In this document: positions 39,686 through 49,000 of the stretch, in pieces
How positions within the stretch are numbered: the first letter of the stretch is position 1
How the letters are laid out: every line of letters begins with the position of its first letter
Virus record (IMG/VR): IMGVR_UViG_2627853687_000001
Span: 1-64,000 of that record
Source of the DNA: a virus
Taxonomy: Duplodnaviria; Caudoviricetes
Length of the DNA: 64,000 nt
Direction: 5' to 3' (one strand)
Made by a program: the position numbers and the translations under genes
The notes under the pieces: generated by a model
Told to the model about the DNA's origin: nothing
What the model saw: the letters and a program-made list of their open reading frames with translations, nothing else
Database searches by the model: none

Positions 39686-39973
39686 TCAGTAGTCTCGTTT
39701 CTGTTTGCGCTTCTGCGCTGCCTGTCTTTGTTTCTTCACGCCTGCATTGTTTGTGGCCAAACGACGTATTCCCTGTTCGATCTCTTCCTGCACGGTTGGC
39801 CGGGTCTCCTCCACCACCAGCGTTCTGACCTGCGGGACGGGAAAGGTTGGCGGACGACGGGCAATCCAGCTGAGGCTTCCCATAATTGCCCCCATCAGTG
39901 CGATCTTCTTCATGCGTTTTCTCTTCCTGCAGGCGTGCAGAATCCCCGGCAGGCGCCGGTGATTAAATTTCAC
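39686..39973 (-). CDS. Small basic hypothetical protein
   Basis: 95 aa, K/R-rich C-terminus. Confidence 0.5.
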   Translation of the reverse strand: MKFNHRRLPGILHACRKRKRMKKIALMGAIMGSLSWIARRPPTFPVPQVRTLVVEETRPTVQEEIEQGIRRLATNNAGVKKQRQAAQKRKQKRDY

Positions 39974-40052
39974 CTGGTTAAATCCGGCGTGGGATACGCG
40001 CGGCGGTAATCTGATGCCTGTACCGGCGCATGGCCGGGTGGCTGTAATGGCA

Positions 40053-40153
40053 TTGTGCTGTCCGGATTCGAACCGGCTACCGTCCGTTTGTCCCCATCAG
40101 GCCTAACGGCTATTACATGGAACGGCGGTTGCTTCCGTTAAGCGACAACACAA
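40053..40153 (-). ncRNA. tRNA-like RNA module E1
   Basis: Closing stem TTGTGTTGTC/GACAGCACAA, D-like arm GCTTAACGGAAGC, T arm CCGG-TTCGAAT-CCGG, expanded central arm. Confidence 0.6.
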
Positions 40154-40385
40154 CGGTAAAAGCACATTGCAGGCGCTCTTACCTGTTGTCCTGTATCAGC
40201 CCGCCACCAGCTGCGCGATAAGCCACTTATGACCGGCAAACAGTCCGGCATTAAGCAGGCAGTGAAACATGACAAACTGCATGGCTCTGATGATCTTTGT
40301 GTAGGTGCTGTCACTCATGCGCTCTGCGTCCGGATAAACTGACTGTCTGACACTGATAATGCCTGACATATCAGGTATAGCGTTA

Positions 40386-40525
40386 GTGGTGGCCGGTGCC
40401 ATATCCGGCAAGTAACCCCTCAAGTGACTGGTCAACCTGGTTACTGGCGGCTTTAACCCCTGTGTACGCGACTGAAGAAGCGGGGGCCAGTCTTGCGATC
40501 GCAGCAGCAACTGCGAATGCACCAC
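40386..40525 (-). ncRNA. tRNA-like RNA module E2
   Basis: GTGGTG...CACCAC closing stem, TCGCAG/CTGCGA arm, GCCGG-ATATGGCA-CCGGC T-like arm. Confidence 0.55.
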
Positions 40526-40602
40526 AACGGATAGAGCACTGACCATTCCTAGTCCAATGGCGCTCTGCGCAAAGCATCAATGCTCTTTCCTGTTAGTGTG
40601 CC

Positions 40603-40731
40603 TTATTTGCGGCGCTGCTTCTTCCTGCCGCCGCTTACCGCCTTGATGAATGTCTCGATGGCATAGATGGCCACCAGCGCATAAATCACGGTGAGAAACG
40701 GGTGCTCTGCAGCAAACTCTGATAACGACAT
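40603..40731 (-). CDS. 42-aa single-TM peptide within the RNA array
   Basis: MSLSEFAAEHPFLTVIYALVAIYAIETFIKAVSGGRKKQRRK*, AGGA RBS. Confidence 0.6.
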   Translation of the reverse strand: MSLSEFAAEHPFLTVIYALVAIYAIETFIKAVSGGRKKQRRK

Positions 40732-40786
40732 ATCGCGTCCTGTCGTGGGAAATGAGGTTGTTGTGATCGTTTTCCGTTAGCGCGAT

Positions 40787-40925
40787 TGTTCCATGAGGCG
40801 GGACTTAAACCCGCTTTGCTTTCGCAGCCCATCGCTGACCGCCTGTGTTGATTCACAGACAAGGCTTTCGCCCCGTGGATTCCAGATCCACAACTCCTAC
40901 GGTGTGTGAAAGCGATCACCACAAC
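40787..40925 (-). ncRNA. Structured RNA module E3
   Basis: GGC-GAAA-GCC and GC-GAAA-GC tetraloops, CTGTG/CACAG and GTGGA/TCCAC stems, T-like arm GCGGG-TTTAAGT-CCCGC. Confidence 0.5.
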
Positions 40926-41104
40926 GGTCGAGAACACTGAGCAACCACGCGCCAGTTGTTATTTCAGTCACCTGCCAGTGTCCTCGCCGTTATGGGCTGG
41001 ACTTTCCCAGCAGTCACGGCGTGTTGAGGTCTGCCGATACCCTGCCCCGCCACCAGCCAAATTAGCCAGTAAACAGGGCATCGCCTGGTGTTGACGTGTA
41101 ATGC

Positions 41105-41222
41105 ATGGGGGGCTGGTGCCACCAGCTGTCCGATACGGAATCTACGGACGGGTCATGTAAAGGAATTTGCAAAGCGTCAGGTAACTGTTCCGTCCCACGT
41201 GCGCACAGCCGCATTCCCCCAT
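41105..41222 (-). ncRNA. tRNA-like RNA module E4
   Basis: ATGGGGG/CCCCCAT closing stem, GCTGG-TGGCA-CCAGC T-like arm; preceded by a perfect 17-bp stem at 41221-41297. Confidence 0.55.
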
Positions 41223-41471
41223 TTGTGAGCGCGCTGACAGAGGTAATCTTTCGCCAAACGCCAGTAAAACGACAGAAGCATCAGCGCGCTCACAAATAGT
41301 GATCCCTTACGAGGATCAGGCGGGAACATGTTTAAGCCTCATGGGGCGTTCTATGCGCGGGATTAGTCCATCAACCGCGTTCACTGCCATGACAGGAGGG
41401 GCTACTTGCCGTTCACCCTACTCATAACACACCCGGAAAAAGCTAATAACCGGGTGCGGCCCGTTACGAAC

Positions 41472-41535
41472 TGGTGCAGGTTGGCGGAATTGAACCGCCG
41501 ACAATGGAACACTCTACCGACTGAGCTAAACCTGC
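41472..41535 (-). tRNA. tRNA-like gene lacking the anticodon arm (64 nt, CCA end)
   Basis: GCAGGTT-TA-GCTCAGTCGGTAGAGT-GTTCCATTGTC-GGCGG TTCAATT CCGCC-AACCTGC-A-CCA. Confidence 0.75.
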
Positions 41536-41970
41536 TGAATAATTGCCGGTGCATACCCGGCGCGGACACTTAGGTATCTGGTCAACCTGCCCGCTTGCGG
41601 TAACAAATAGGTGTGGAGGCACCTGCCAGATTTGCATTGCGTTTGCCTCGCTGCCGAAGCGTTTCCCCGTTTCAGCCGTCAGCACACCTTGATGCGCTCA
41701 CGGCTGAGCCTGGAAAAAAGGCCCGGAAACTACCGGGCATAAAATCCTACACACACAGCAAAGCCTACTCTGGAATAGACTTTGATTTGTGAAAAAATGC
41801 GGATTAAACAGACAGTTATGCCTAACCCGCCAAATGCCTATCATGATTTTGTATAGAGCCGAGATGCCCTTGTCAGCGGGGAGAAATGTACACAAAATGG
41901 AGTTATGAAGCAATGAAAATCTAAGAGTTTTCTTAGATTTTCAAAGCAAAAGAAGGGAGGTATGTGAGAG

Positions 41971-43260
41971 TTAGCGGCGCTTTACTTTCGGGTTTGTAAT
42001 GTTCTCAATATCGCCGTTGGCTTTCGCCCATTTTATACACCAGCTGTTCACGGCAGCGCGGATCTCCATCACAGAAGCCTCGCTTAACCCCTTCACTTTC
42101 GCCAGCTCAGCAGGGAGCTCGCCACCAGCATCGGCAACCGTCTCATATCCGGCCTTAGTCAGTGCGTTAAGGGCGCGTGTCGGTATGACCAGCTCGGAGA
42201 CCGGCGAGGCTTTGCCGTCCAGAATGCGCTGGTGGAGACGTGGGAAATCCTGCGCTATGCGCTTCATGATGCGTGCGTGGAGCTCGTCGTTAACAGCGGT
42301 ATCCCACATCGGCTCAAGTTCAGGCAGCAGACGGAATACCGGATTGCCCCATATACCTGGCACTACATCCATTGCAAGCATCATCGCGGTGCGGATCTGG
42401 AAATGGAAATCAGCCATTTCAATAGAGACGTCGCGGATGCCGTGGAAGACGCTCAGACCAAAGTGGAAGTTGTAGATGTAGCAGCCCACGTCACCGGAGC
42501 CGTCCGGCAGCTGAAGCAGGAACTGCTGCACGTCTTCCCGGCCATCGTGGAAATCGACACGCTCTTTCAGGTGGTTATATAGCGCGGTTGTCTTAAGCAG
42601 GTCGTTAGCCGTCTCTGCGCGCAGGCGACGCTCATCGCCTACAACCTTATCCGCAATGTTCAGTTTGCTCTGTAAGTCCTGGCGTTTAACGCTTTCCTTT
42701 TTGCGGTCAGCGCGCATCTGCGAAATGGTTTTGTCCCGCTCGTTCAGGTCAGTTGCCAGGCGTTCAGGGTGCTTACGGCGGTACTGCGTGTGCTCCTGAT
42801 TCAGCGTGGCCAGCGCCAGCTGCGCGGTCGTCAGGGCGGACTCCATATTCTGTAGCTTCGTTTCCGCTCTGATTGCCCGGTTCTCTGCTTCCAGCACGCT
42901 TTCTTTTGCCGCGTCTCTGGCTTCTTCAATGGCGTTCTGCGCATCGAGACGGATTTTCGTTATTTCGTTGTGGAGTGCGGACTGCGCGGCCAGCTGCTGC
43001 TGTACCTGCTCCAGCGCCTCGAACATCAGATTGTAGGTATCCGCTTCATAATTGAGGCGCAAACCGATATCGATCTGGATCTGCTCCAGCGCGTTAGTGC
43101 AGTTATCAAGAAGGCGCAGCTCCAGGTCATCGAGCGTCAGGCGTTTACGGACGGAATTAAGCTGGCCGTAGGCGGTGACAAAGGCCTGGTGAAGTACATC
43201 GTCATCAACGTTGCATTCAGGGAGATTTTGCAGCTGCTGGAGTGGAGCGAGAGTTGTCAT
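41971..43260 (-). CDS. pmgS: P1 PmgS-like coiled-coil protein with alpha-CTD-like HhH C-terminus
   Basis: RKRLTLDDL..RLLDN..NYEADTYN resembles PmgS; C-terminal LVIPTRALNALTKAGYETV..LAKVKGLSEASVMEI. Confidence 0.7.
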   Translation of the reverse strand: MTTLAPLQQLQNLPECNVDDDVLHQAFVTAYGQLNSVRKRLTLDDLELRLLDNCTNALEQIQIDIGLRLNYEADTYNLMFEALEQVQQQLAAQSALHNEITKIRLDAQNAIEEARDAAKESVLEAENRAIRAETKLQNMESALTTAQLALATLNQEHTQYRRKHPERLATDLNERDKTISQMRADRKKESVKRQDLQSKLNIADKVVGDERRLRAETANDLLKTTALYNHLKERVDFHDGREDVQQFLLQLPDGSGDVGCYIYNFHFGLSVFHGIRDVSIEMADFHFQIRTAMMLAMDVVPGIWGNPVFRLLPELEPMWDTAVNDELHARIMKRIAQDFPRLHQRILDGKASPVSELVIPTRALNALTKAGYETVADAGGELPAELAKVKGLSEASVMEIRAAVNSWCIKWAKANGDIENITNPKVKRR

Positions 43261-43401
43261 AGTGAGAATCAGATCCGCGTTTGAATTGCGGCGGATGATA
43301 ACTCGAAATTAACCACTGTCTAAGACTTTTCTTAGATTTCATTGAATGATTGAGGGAGGATAGCTGGTGGCATTGTCCCGGACTCCGCCACCAGCAGAGG
43401 A

Positions 43402-43698
43402 TTAGAACAGTTTTAACGCCGCTATGACTAGGGCGGCTACAGTGACAATCATCACAACATTCAACAGTACAGACGGCACTTTGATCTCGCCGGTCTCATA
43501 CTCTGCCTGCGTCATGCGGCCCAGGTAACTGTGCGAGACCAGCACTGCGTTTTCGTCAAAGCTCAGCGTAACCCGGACATTCTCCAGCACCTGACGGGAT
43601 ACCTGTCGCGTGGCCAGCTGGACCACACCGGATCGCATTTTGCCGTTGTCGCCCATGTAACAGACCGAATGGTAATGAAATGGCTTATTCAGGCCCAT
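43402..43698 (-). CDS. Hypothetical protein with C-terminal TM anchor
   Basis: SHSYLGRMTQAEYE; hydrophobic C-terminus. Confidence 0.65.
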   Translation of the reverse strand: MGLNKPFHYHSVCYMGDNGKMRSGVVQLATRQVSRQVLENVRVTLSFDENAVLVSHSYLGRMTQAEYETGEIKVPSVLLNVVMIVTVAALVIAALKLF

Positions 43699-44216
43699 CA
43701 GCTGATAACTACCCAGTCACAGACGCGCATATCTTCAATGCTCATATCATGCATTTCTGTAGTGCCGTCCGGATGAGTCAGTTCCAGCACGTCACAGCCT
43801 TCATGCTCCTGCTCCAGCGACACAAAATAACCCGGCTTCCACGCTTCACGACGCATCAGCAAAGCCGGATCTTCTTTCATTTTCAGCAAGGCCTGGTCAT
43901 AGCTGCACGCAATGGCACCGATACCAATTTTGCTCAAAGATTCGATCTGTGCCGTAGTCATGCGTCCGCGTCCTTCTGTTAATGATTTTCTCAAGATGTA
44001 GCTAATCCCCTTCACGCCGCCGAAATAGTTCAGCTGGCGGTTGCTCATGCCGCTGCGCGTCATAAGCTCCTGCTTAGGTACTTTAAAAATGCCGACTTCC
44101 ATAGCCATGTCGGCAAAAACCGAAAGCCCCCGGCCTAAGCTGTCGCGCGTTTTATTGCGGCGCGCATACTGCTCAAACGTGGGGCATCCGGTAAAAAATT
44201 GCGCATCAAAAAGCAC
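43698..44216 (-). CDS. Protein with C-terminal DUF2829/Tad2-like domain
   Basis: SYDQALLKMK...MRREAWKPGYFV...MSIEDMRVCDWVVI. Confidence 0.6.
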   Translation of the reverse strand: MLFDAQFFTGCPTFEQYARRNKTRDSLGRGLSVFADMAMEVGIFKVPKQELMTRSGMSNRQLNYFGGVKGISYILRKSLTEGRGRMTTAQIESLSKIGIGAIACSYDQALLKMKEDPALLMRREAWKPGYFVSLEQEHEGCDVLELTHPDGTTEMHDMSIEDMRVCDWVVIS

Positions 44217-44807
44217 TTATTCGCTCCAGAAACCGTCGTTCTCATGCGCTGGCATTGCTTCACCGGCTGTGAGAATTGCGTACTGCTCCATCACGCTGAT
44301 CGTATCTTCAGGTGAAAATGATAAAAGAACGTAATACCCCTGCTCCTTAAGGCGACGCATCCACGTCACCTGATGCTCTGAAGGCATACGCTTACCGTGT
44401 TTCTGCTCTACCCGCATTCCGTGATAGATGCCTGCCGGTATTTCCAGGGACATATCCGGAACGCCCCGCTTTGCGCCCTCAGCCTCAATTGCTGCGGCGG
44501 TCGCCTTTAGGCGAAATCCTCCGTTAGGTACGGCATACAGATGGTCATAAATAACCCTGTTGTGACGGTGAAAATGGTCAAAGATTCGAACCTGATCGTA
44601 GTGCTCTTGCCTGCCTTTGCGCAGATCGGGTTTTTTGACGAGAGCGGCCAGCGCTTTTGCGTGAACCGATATTTCAGTAACTGCTGCTAACCAGGCCGAC
44701 GCTTTGCCGGATTTTACCGACGCTCCACCAGCAGATTTATCAGCTACTTTTGGACGGGTTTTTTGGTTTTTCTTGTAGGAGTGCAACCACTCTTCACTGA
44801 AGCGCAT
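44217..44807 (-). CDS. VRR-NUC domain nuclease (P1 PmgM-like)
   Basis: YAVPNGG.R, EGAKRGVPDM, VEQK, SEHQVTWMRRLKEQGY. Confidence 0.85.
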   Translation of the reverse strand: MRFSEEWLHSYKKNQKTRPKVADKSAGGASVKSGKASAWLAAVTEISVHAKALAALVKKPDLRKGRQEHYDQVRIFDHFHRHNRVIYDHLYAVPNGGFRLKATAAAIEAEGAKRGVPDMSLEIPAGIYHGMRVEQKHGKRMPSEHQVTWMRRLKEQGYYVLLSFSPEDTISVMEQYAILTAGEAMPAHENDGFWSE

Positions 44808-44943
44808 ATCCGGATTTGCCAACCGATGATTAAATAGTCTAAAAGGTGGATCTGCGTTGGGGGGTATTTTTAACGCTGAGACGGGAAAAAACAAGCCTGT
44901 AATCTACATCTTTCAAAGATAGTGATTACAGGCAGTTATCAGT

Positions 44944-45108
44944 TTACTGGTGCGCCATCCACATAAACATCAGGGTATAGACAAGACCGGTTGTGGACAG
45001 ACCGAGTACAACGAATTTGCCGATCATATTAGGAATCGTTGTGGCTTCAGCTACTGGAGCCTTGTTTGGAGTGGTATTAACAAAATCACGCTGCGCAAAA
45101 TTAATCAT
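44944..45108 (-). CDS. 54-aa small protein with C-terminal TM
   Basis: MINFAQRDFVNTTPNKAPVAEATTIPNMIGKFVVLGLSTTGLVYTLMFMWMAHQ*; downstream of the 45225 promoter. Confidence 0.55.
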   Translation of the reverse strand: MINFAQRDFVNTTPNKAPVAEATTIPNMIGKFVVLGLSTTGLVYTLMFMWMAHQ

Positions 45109-45224
45109 GGTATATTCTCTTTGTTAGGTGCAGGGGTGTACGTCGCCAAACTGAACCCCTGCAAAGTGAAAGCCCGGCCATATGGTCGGGCTTTTTCTTT
45201 GTCGCCGCCTTGGCTGCTTAATGC

Positions 45225-45253
45225 AATCTAAGGGTTTTCTAATTTACCGTCAA
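45225..45253 (-). promoter_or_regulatory. Sigma70 promoter overlapped by the recurring operator motif
   Basis: TTGACG-gtaaattagaaaaccct(17)-TAGATT on the - strand. Confidence 0.75.
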
Positions 45254-45259
45254 CAAGAT

Positions 45260-45544
45260 TCATGACTTTTTGTCACTTTTCACCTGCAACAAGGCTCCAG
45301 ATGCAGTTTTCAGGCGCTCAAGTGCATCCTGCAGGGCGAAAATCCAGCTGGTTTTATCCAGTTCCCGTACCCGCTTGACCCTCTCCTTTGTGTAGGGATT
45401 AATGACCCATACCCATGTTTCATTGTCCTTGCGATCGCGCATCGTGAATACCCCAGTCGGGGGGTAAAAATTCAGCTCCGCGCAATTGGCATAGGCATAG
45501 GCTTCCAGTTCCTCCAGCTTGAGGTATTTGTTTTCTCGCGGCAC
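45260..45544 (-). CDS. Small protein at the P1 lxc position (possible C1 corepressor)
   Basis: darB-ulx-(lxc) synteny; weak similarity only. Confidence 0.45.
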   Translation of the reverse strand: MPRENKYLKLEELEAYAYANCAELNFYPPTGVFTMRDRKDNETWVWVINPYTKERVKRVRELDKTSWIFALQDALERLKTASGALLQVKSDKKS

Positions 45545-45552
45545 GGTGTCTC

Positions 45553-45981
45553 CTAATATCTTCTTTTTTCTATGGATTCATCATAGCTGACGTACAGATA
45601 AGGTTCAGTATCATCCGCCGACGGCACAACAGGAAGCAGATGGTAAGCACTGAATACTGCATCGTTCTCAGTGCGCTCGTCAGCATACAGATGAGCAGCA
45701 ATGATCGTGAGGGCAGGACGTGAAAGCGAGTATATTTCAGCAATATCACTTTCAACTACCTGCCCGAATTTAGTAGTAGCACGTTCCAGCAACAACGTTT
45801 TAATCGCAGGCCACCATGGACCGAAAGCCCGGTATGCGAGTCTCGCACTGCTAACGCGCTTTACTAAATTTTCCAGATAGTTTACTGAAAACGCTTCCTC
45901 GGTTCGCCCGTCCAGTGCCAGAGGTAGCAGGCTCTCGATGTAGGTTTCAGTCGGTTTAATGGTATCAATCAGTGTGGTCAT
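45553..45981 (-). CDS. ulx: Ulx (DarB packaging helper)
   Basis: DTIKP..TY, YRAFGPWWPAIKTLLLER, RPALTIIAAHLY, SAYHLLPV match P1 Ulx. Confidence 0.85.
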   Translation of the reverse strand: MTTLIDTIKPTETYIESLLPLALDGRTEEAFSVNYLENLVKRVSSARLAYRAFGPWWPAIKTLLLERATTKFGQVVESDIAEIYSLSRPALTIIAAHLYADERTENDAVFSAYHLLPVVPSADDTEPYLYVSYDESIEKRRY

Positions 45982-46011
45982 ATTAGACGGCCCTTTCGGG
46001 CCGCTCCTGAA

Positions 46012-49000
46012 TTATGCGTTTACAATATCGCTGCGTAATGCATCGAGATCATGGGAAGATGGGATAAGCCAGGCGGCTTGTGTGAACTCGTTTCCGGCTA
46101 CCGGATCTTCTTCAAAGTTCCAGAATTTCGCGCCGTATTTCTCTTTGATGAGGTCACGCACGGCTTTACGCTTGAGTACCGGCGTGTCGCTGGTATCCGT
46201 CAGCACGTAGGCACCACCAGCCGGGAAGTCGATTTTAAAGGTGCGGTTCCTCCACTTGCGTGAAGCCACCAGCTCCTGCTCGTTTTTCATGACCTGGAAG
46301 CCATCGGACTGCTTCTGTACCTGTGCGGTGCGCACGGTCGTTGCCGCTGCCGCTGCAAGTCTTTGAGCCTCATCACGGCGGGCCTTCACAGCATCAGGTG
46401 ACAGCTTGCCGGTAATCATCCCTTTGTAGTCATCCCACGTTACGGCGTAATCCCGGTATCCGCCTTTCTCGATCTGCTCCAGCCACGCATAAACCTCATT
46501 TAACCGGCTCATAACGGCGGAGGATGAGGTAAATGTTTCGGCACTGATCGCTGCTTCATCGAGCGCGCCCAGTGAAACGCCGGCACGCAGATAAACTGCA
46601 GCAGGCGATTCGGTAATGGTGGCCGGTCGAGTAATGTCAGATTGCGCATCAAATTTCGACTTCACCAGCAGCAATGCAATCCCTGCCTGGCTGTCACGCT
46701 CGCTCATCTGGCGGAACTGCTGCAGCGCGGCGGCGGCATACTGCTCTGTCAGTGACCTGATTGCCTGCATCTTGCCGTCGGCCATCTCGTTACGCAGCTG
46801 GTCGAATATCACTTCATACTCATTACGGTTGGAGAAACCTTCCATGCCGTTACGGAACTGGCGAACACTGATCGAGTTGCTCCAGTAGTAACGGTCCTGC
46901 CCTGCGCCCAGGAAAGCGGCGTGTGCTTCTTCATCCGTTGCGCCGGTCATCGTCCGCTTTCTGGAGTCGTTTGCTTCAAACTCAGCCACCAGCCGCTTAA
47001 AGACTTTGACCACTTCCGCCATGCCCGCCTGCTTCCCGTAAGCCTGCAATGCCGTGTCGTAGTTGCGGCCAAACATCGCCTTGAAGAAGCCTTGCGCGCT
47101 GTAGATGTTGTTATCCACGCTGTACTGATAAAGCTCGCGCTTCAGCTGCTCGTCGCTGTGGTCCGGATACAGCCACGCTTCAGCCGGTCGCTCTTCGCTG
47201 GCGCTGATCGTGCCGCTGAGGTAAGCCAGTTTCAGCCTGCCGTCGCTGTCACGGTACAGCCATCCGTCTGTGCGCACATTCAGGACGCCCGCGTGAATGG
47301 CCGCGTAGAAGTCAGCACGGCTCAGCCCGTCCGCCAGGTCTATCGGATCGATGCCCTTCGCTGCTGTCTGGAGCGCTTTTGCCTGGTCACTGGTGATATC
47401 CACGCGGTCGCCCACCAGCGCAGACGGCATTTCAGCAAAGCCACCGACATTCGGACCGGTATAGCAGCGCAGCGGCTTGTGGATCAGCTCAACCTCAACT
47501 GTATTTTTCTCCGGGAAGAATTTGCGAATCTGGAATACGCCCTTTTCTTCGCGGTCATCGTTGAGCCAGATTTCATAAGTCGCGCCAATTCGCAGCAGCT
47601 GGCCATCAGGCAGTTTCATGTACTGCTCCGGGGCGCGCAGCACGTCCGGATCGACTTCCAGTGCGCCGGACTTGATTGCGCGCTCTACTTCCCCGCGGGA
47701 GCGCTTGATGGTGCTGGCCGCACTTTTGGAGCGAGTCAGCGCCTTGCGTGCGCCGCCCAGCTCCTGCTCCAGCTTCTTCTGCTTCGCCAGGCCATCACGG
47801 AGTGCAGCACGCGCTACGCGACGGTCCTGACCGCGCCACTGATCCGCTGACCGTTTGCCATACTTCTCAACTTCGAGGTTATAGGCGGCTTCAGCTTCGG
47901 TGACGTCCTCGCGATAGCCATCAATCTCGCCGTTGATCGCATCAAAGGCAGCAGACAGCTTGGTAATGTTGTCTTCAAGCACTTCAACGGGTGTAGCAGC
48001 CGCAACGCTTGCCTTCAGGTAGATGTCCAGCGCGGCAGCGGCTTCACGCTCGGCCTGCTGGCGGTCCGCTTCACGCTTCGCTTTCAGCTGTGCATCCACG
48101 CGGGCGCGGCGCTCTTCCGGGTTAGCGGCCAGCAGCAGGCTCTGCTCTTCTTTGGACTCAACATCACCGTTTTTAATGCTGGAAACGTCAGATTTCATGA
48201 CGTCGTTGATCCAGTTTTTCTTGCGCTGCAGCGTCTCCAGGCGGAACTCGTCAAATGACCCTTTGCCACAGTAGTAATGCACGCGCATGGTGTCGCGCTC
48301 GGAGCCCACGCGGGCGCCGCGTCCGTTACGCTGGTCGATACTGGCTGGCGTCCAGGGGAGTGTCAGATGGTGCGTATCAGCGGTGCCTTTGTGCAGGTTA
48401 ATCCCCACTTCGGCCTTTTTGTTGCAGATGATGATTGGCGTACGGCCTTCGTTGTAGTCGGCGGCGATCCCTTCCATCCCGGCCAGCGAGGCGTCACTCA
48501 TTGCGGCCTGATAATCCTCATAGCGCGCCAGTTCTTCGTAGTACTTATCCCATGCGCCGTCCTTAAAACTGCCGTCCGCTTTTTCCACCGGCTCAACCGG
48601 TTTCTTCACGGGTTTAACCTTCACGCCGGACGCTTTACTGACTGTCGTGGCATTGATAATGCCTACCTGCTGCTCTGTCAGGCCCAGGGCGCTGGCGATA
48701 ATGCGGCGCAGCTTGTTATGCTGGGACTTCTCATCCATGAAAATGATCTGCTTACCGTCCGGCAGGCCTGCCTTCAGGTTCTCAATCAGCGCGGCATACT
48801 TTGGCGGTACCGGGTGAGAGACATTTTGCATACTGATACCGGCAGCAGCGATTGCGTCCAGTACCTGCTGTTCCAGCGTGTCGCTCACCACTAGCTCCAC
48901 GACGCCGCCGCGATCCTTCAGCGTGGTTTTGACTACCTTGCTGGTGCGCGTATCGGTAAGGCCGGTTTCCGCATCCTCAGTGGTCTCTTCATCATCACCG

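Noticed and set aside
40150-40995. CRISPR-like reading of the ACAACGG..AGCAC repeats
   Set aside because: Repeats are degenerate, ~380-400 bp apart and form hairpin stems; reported as an RNA module array instead
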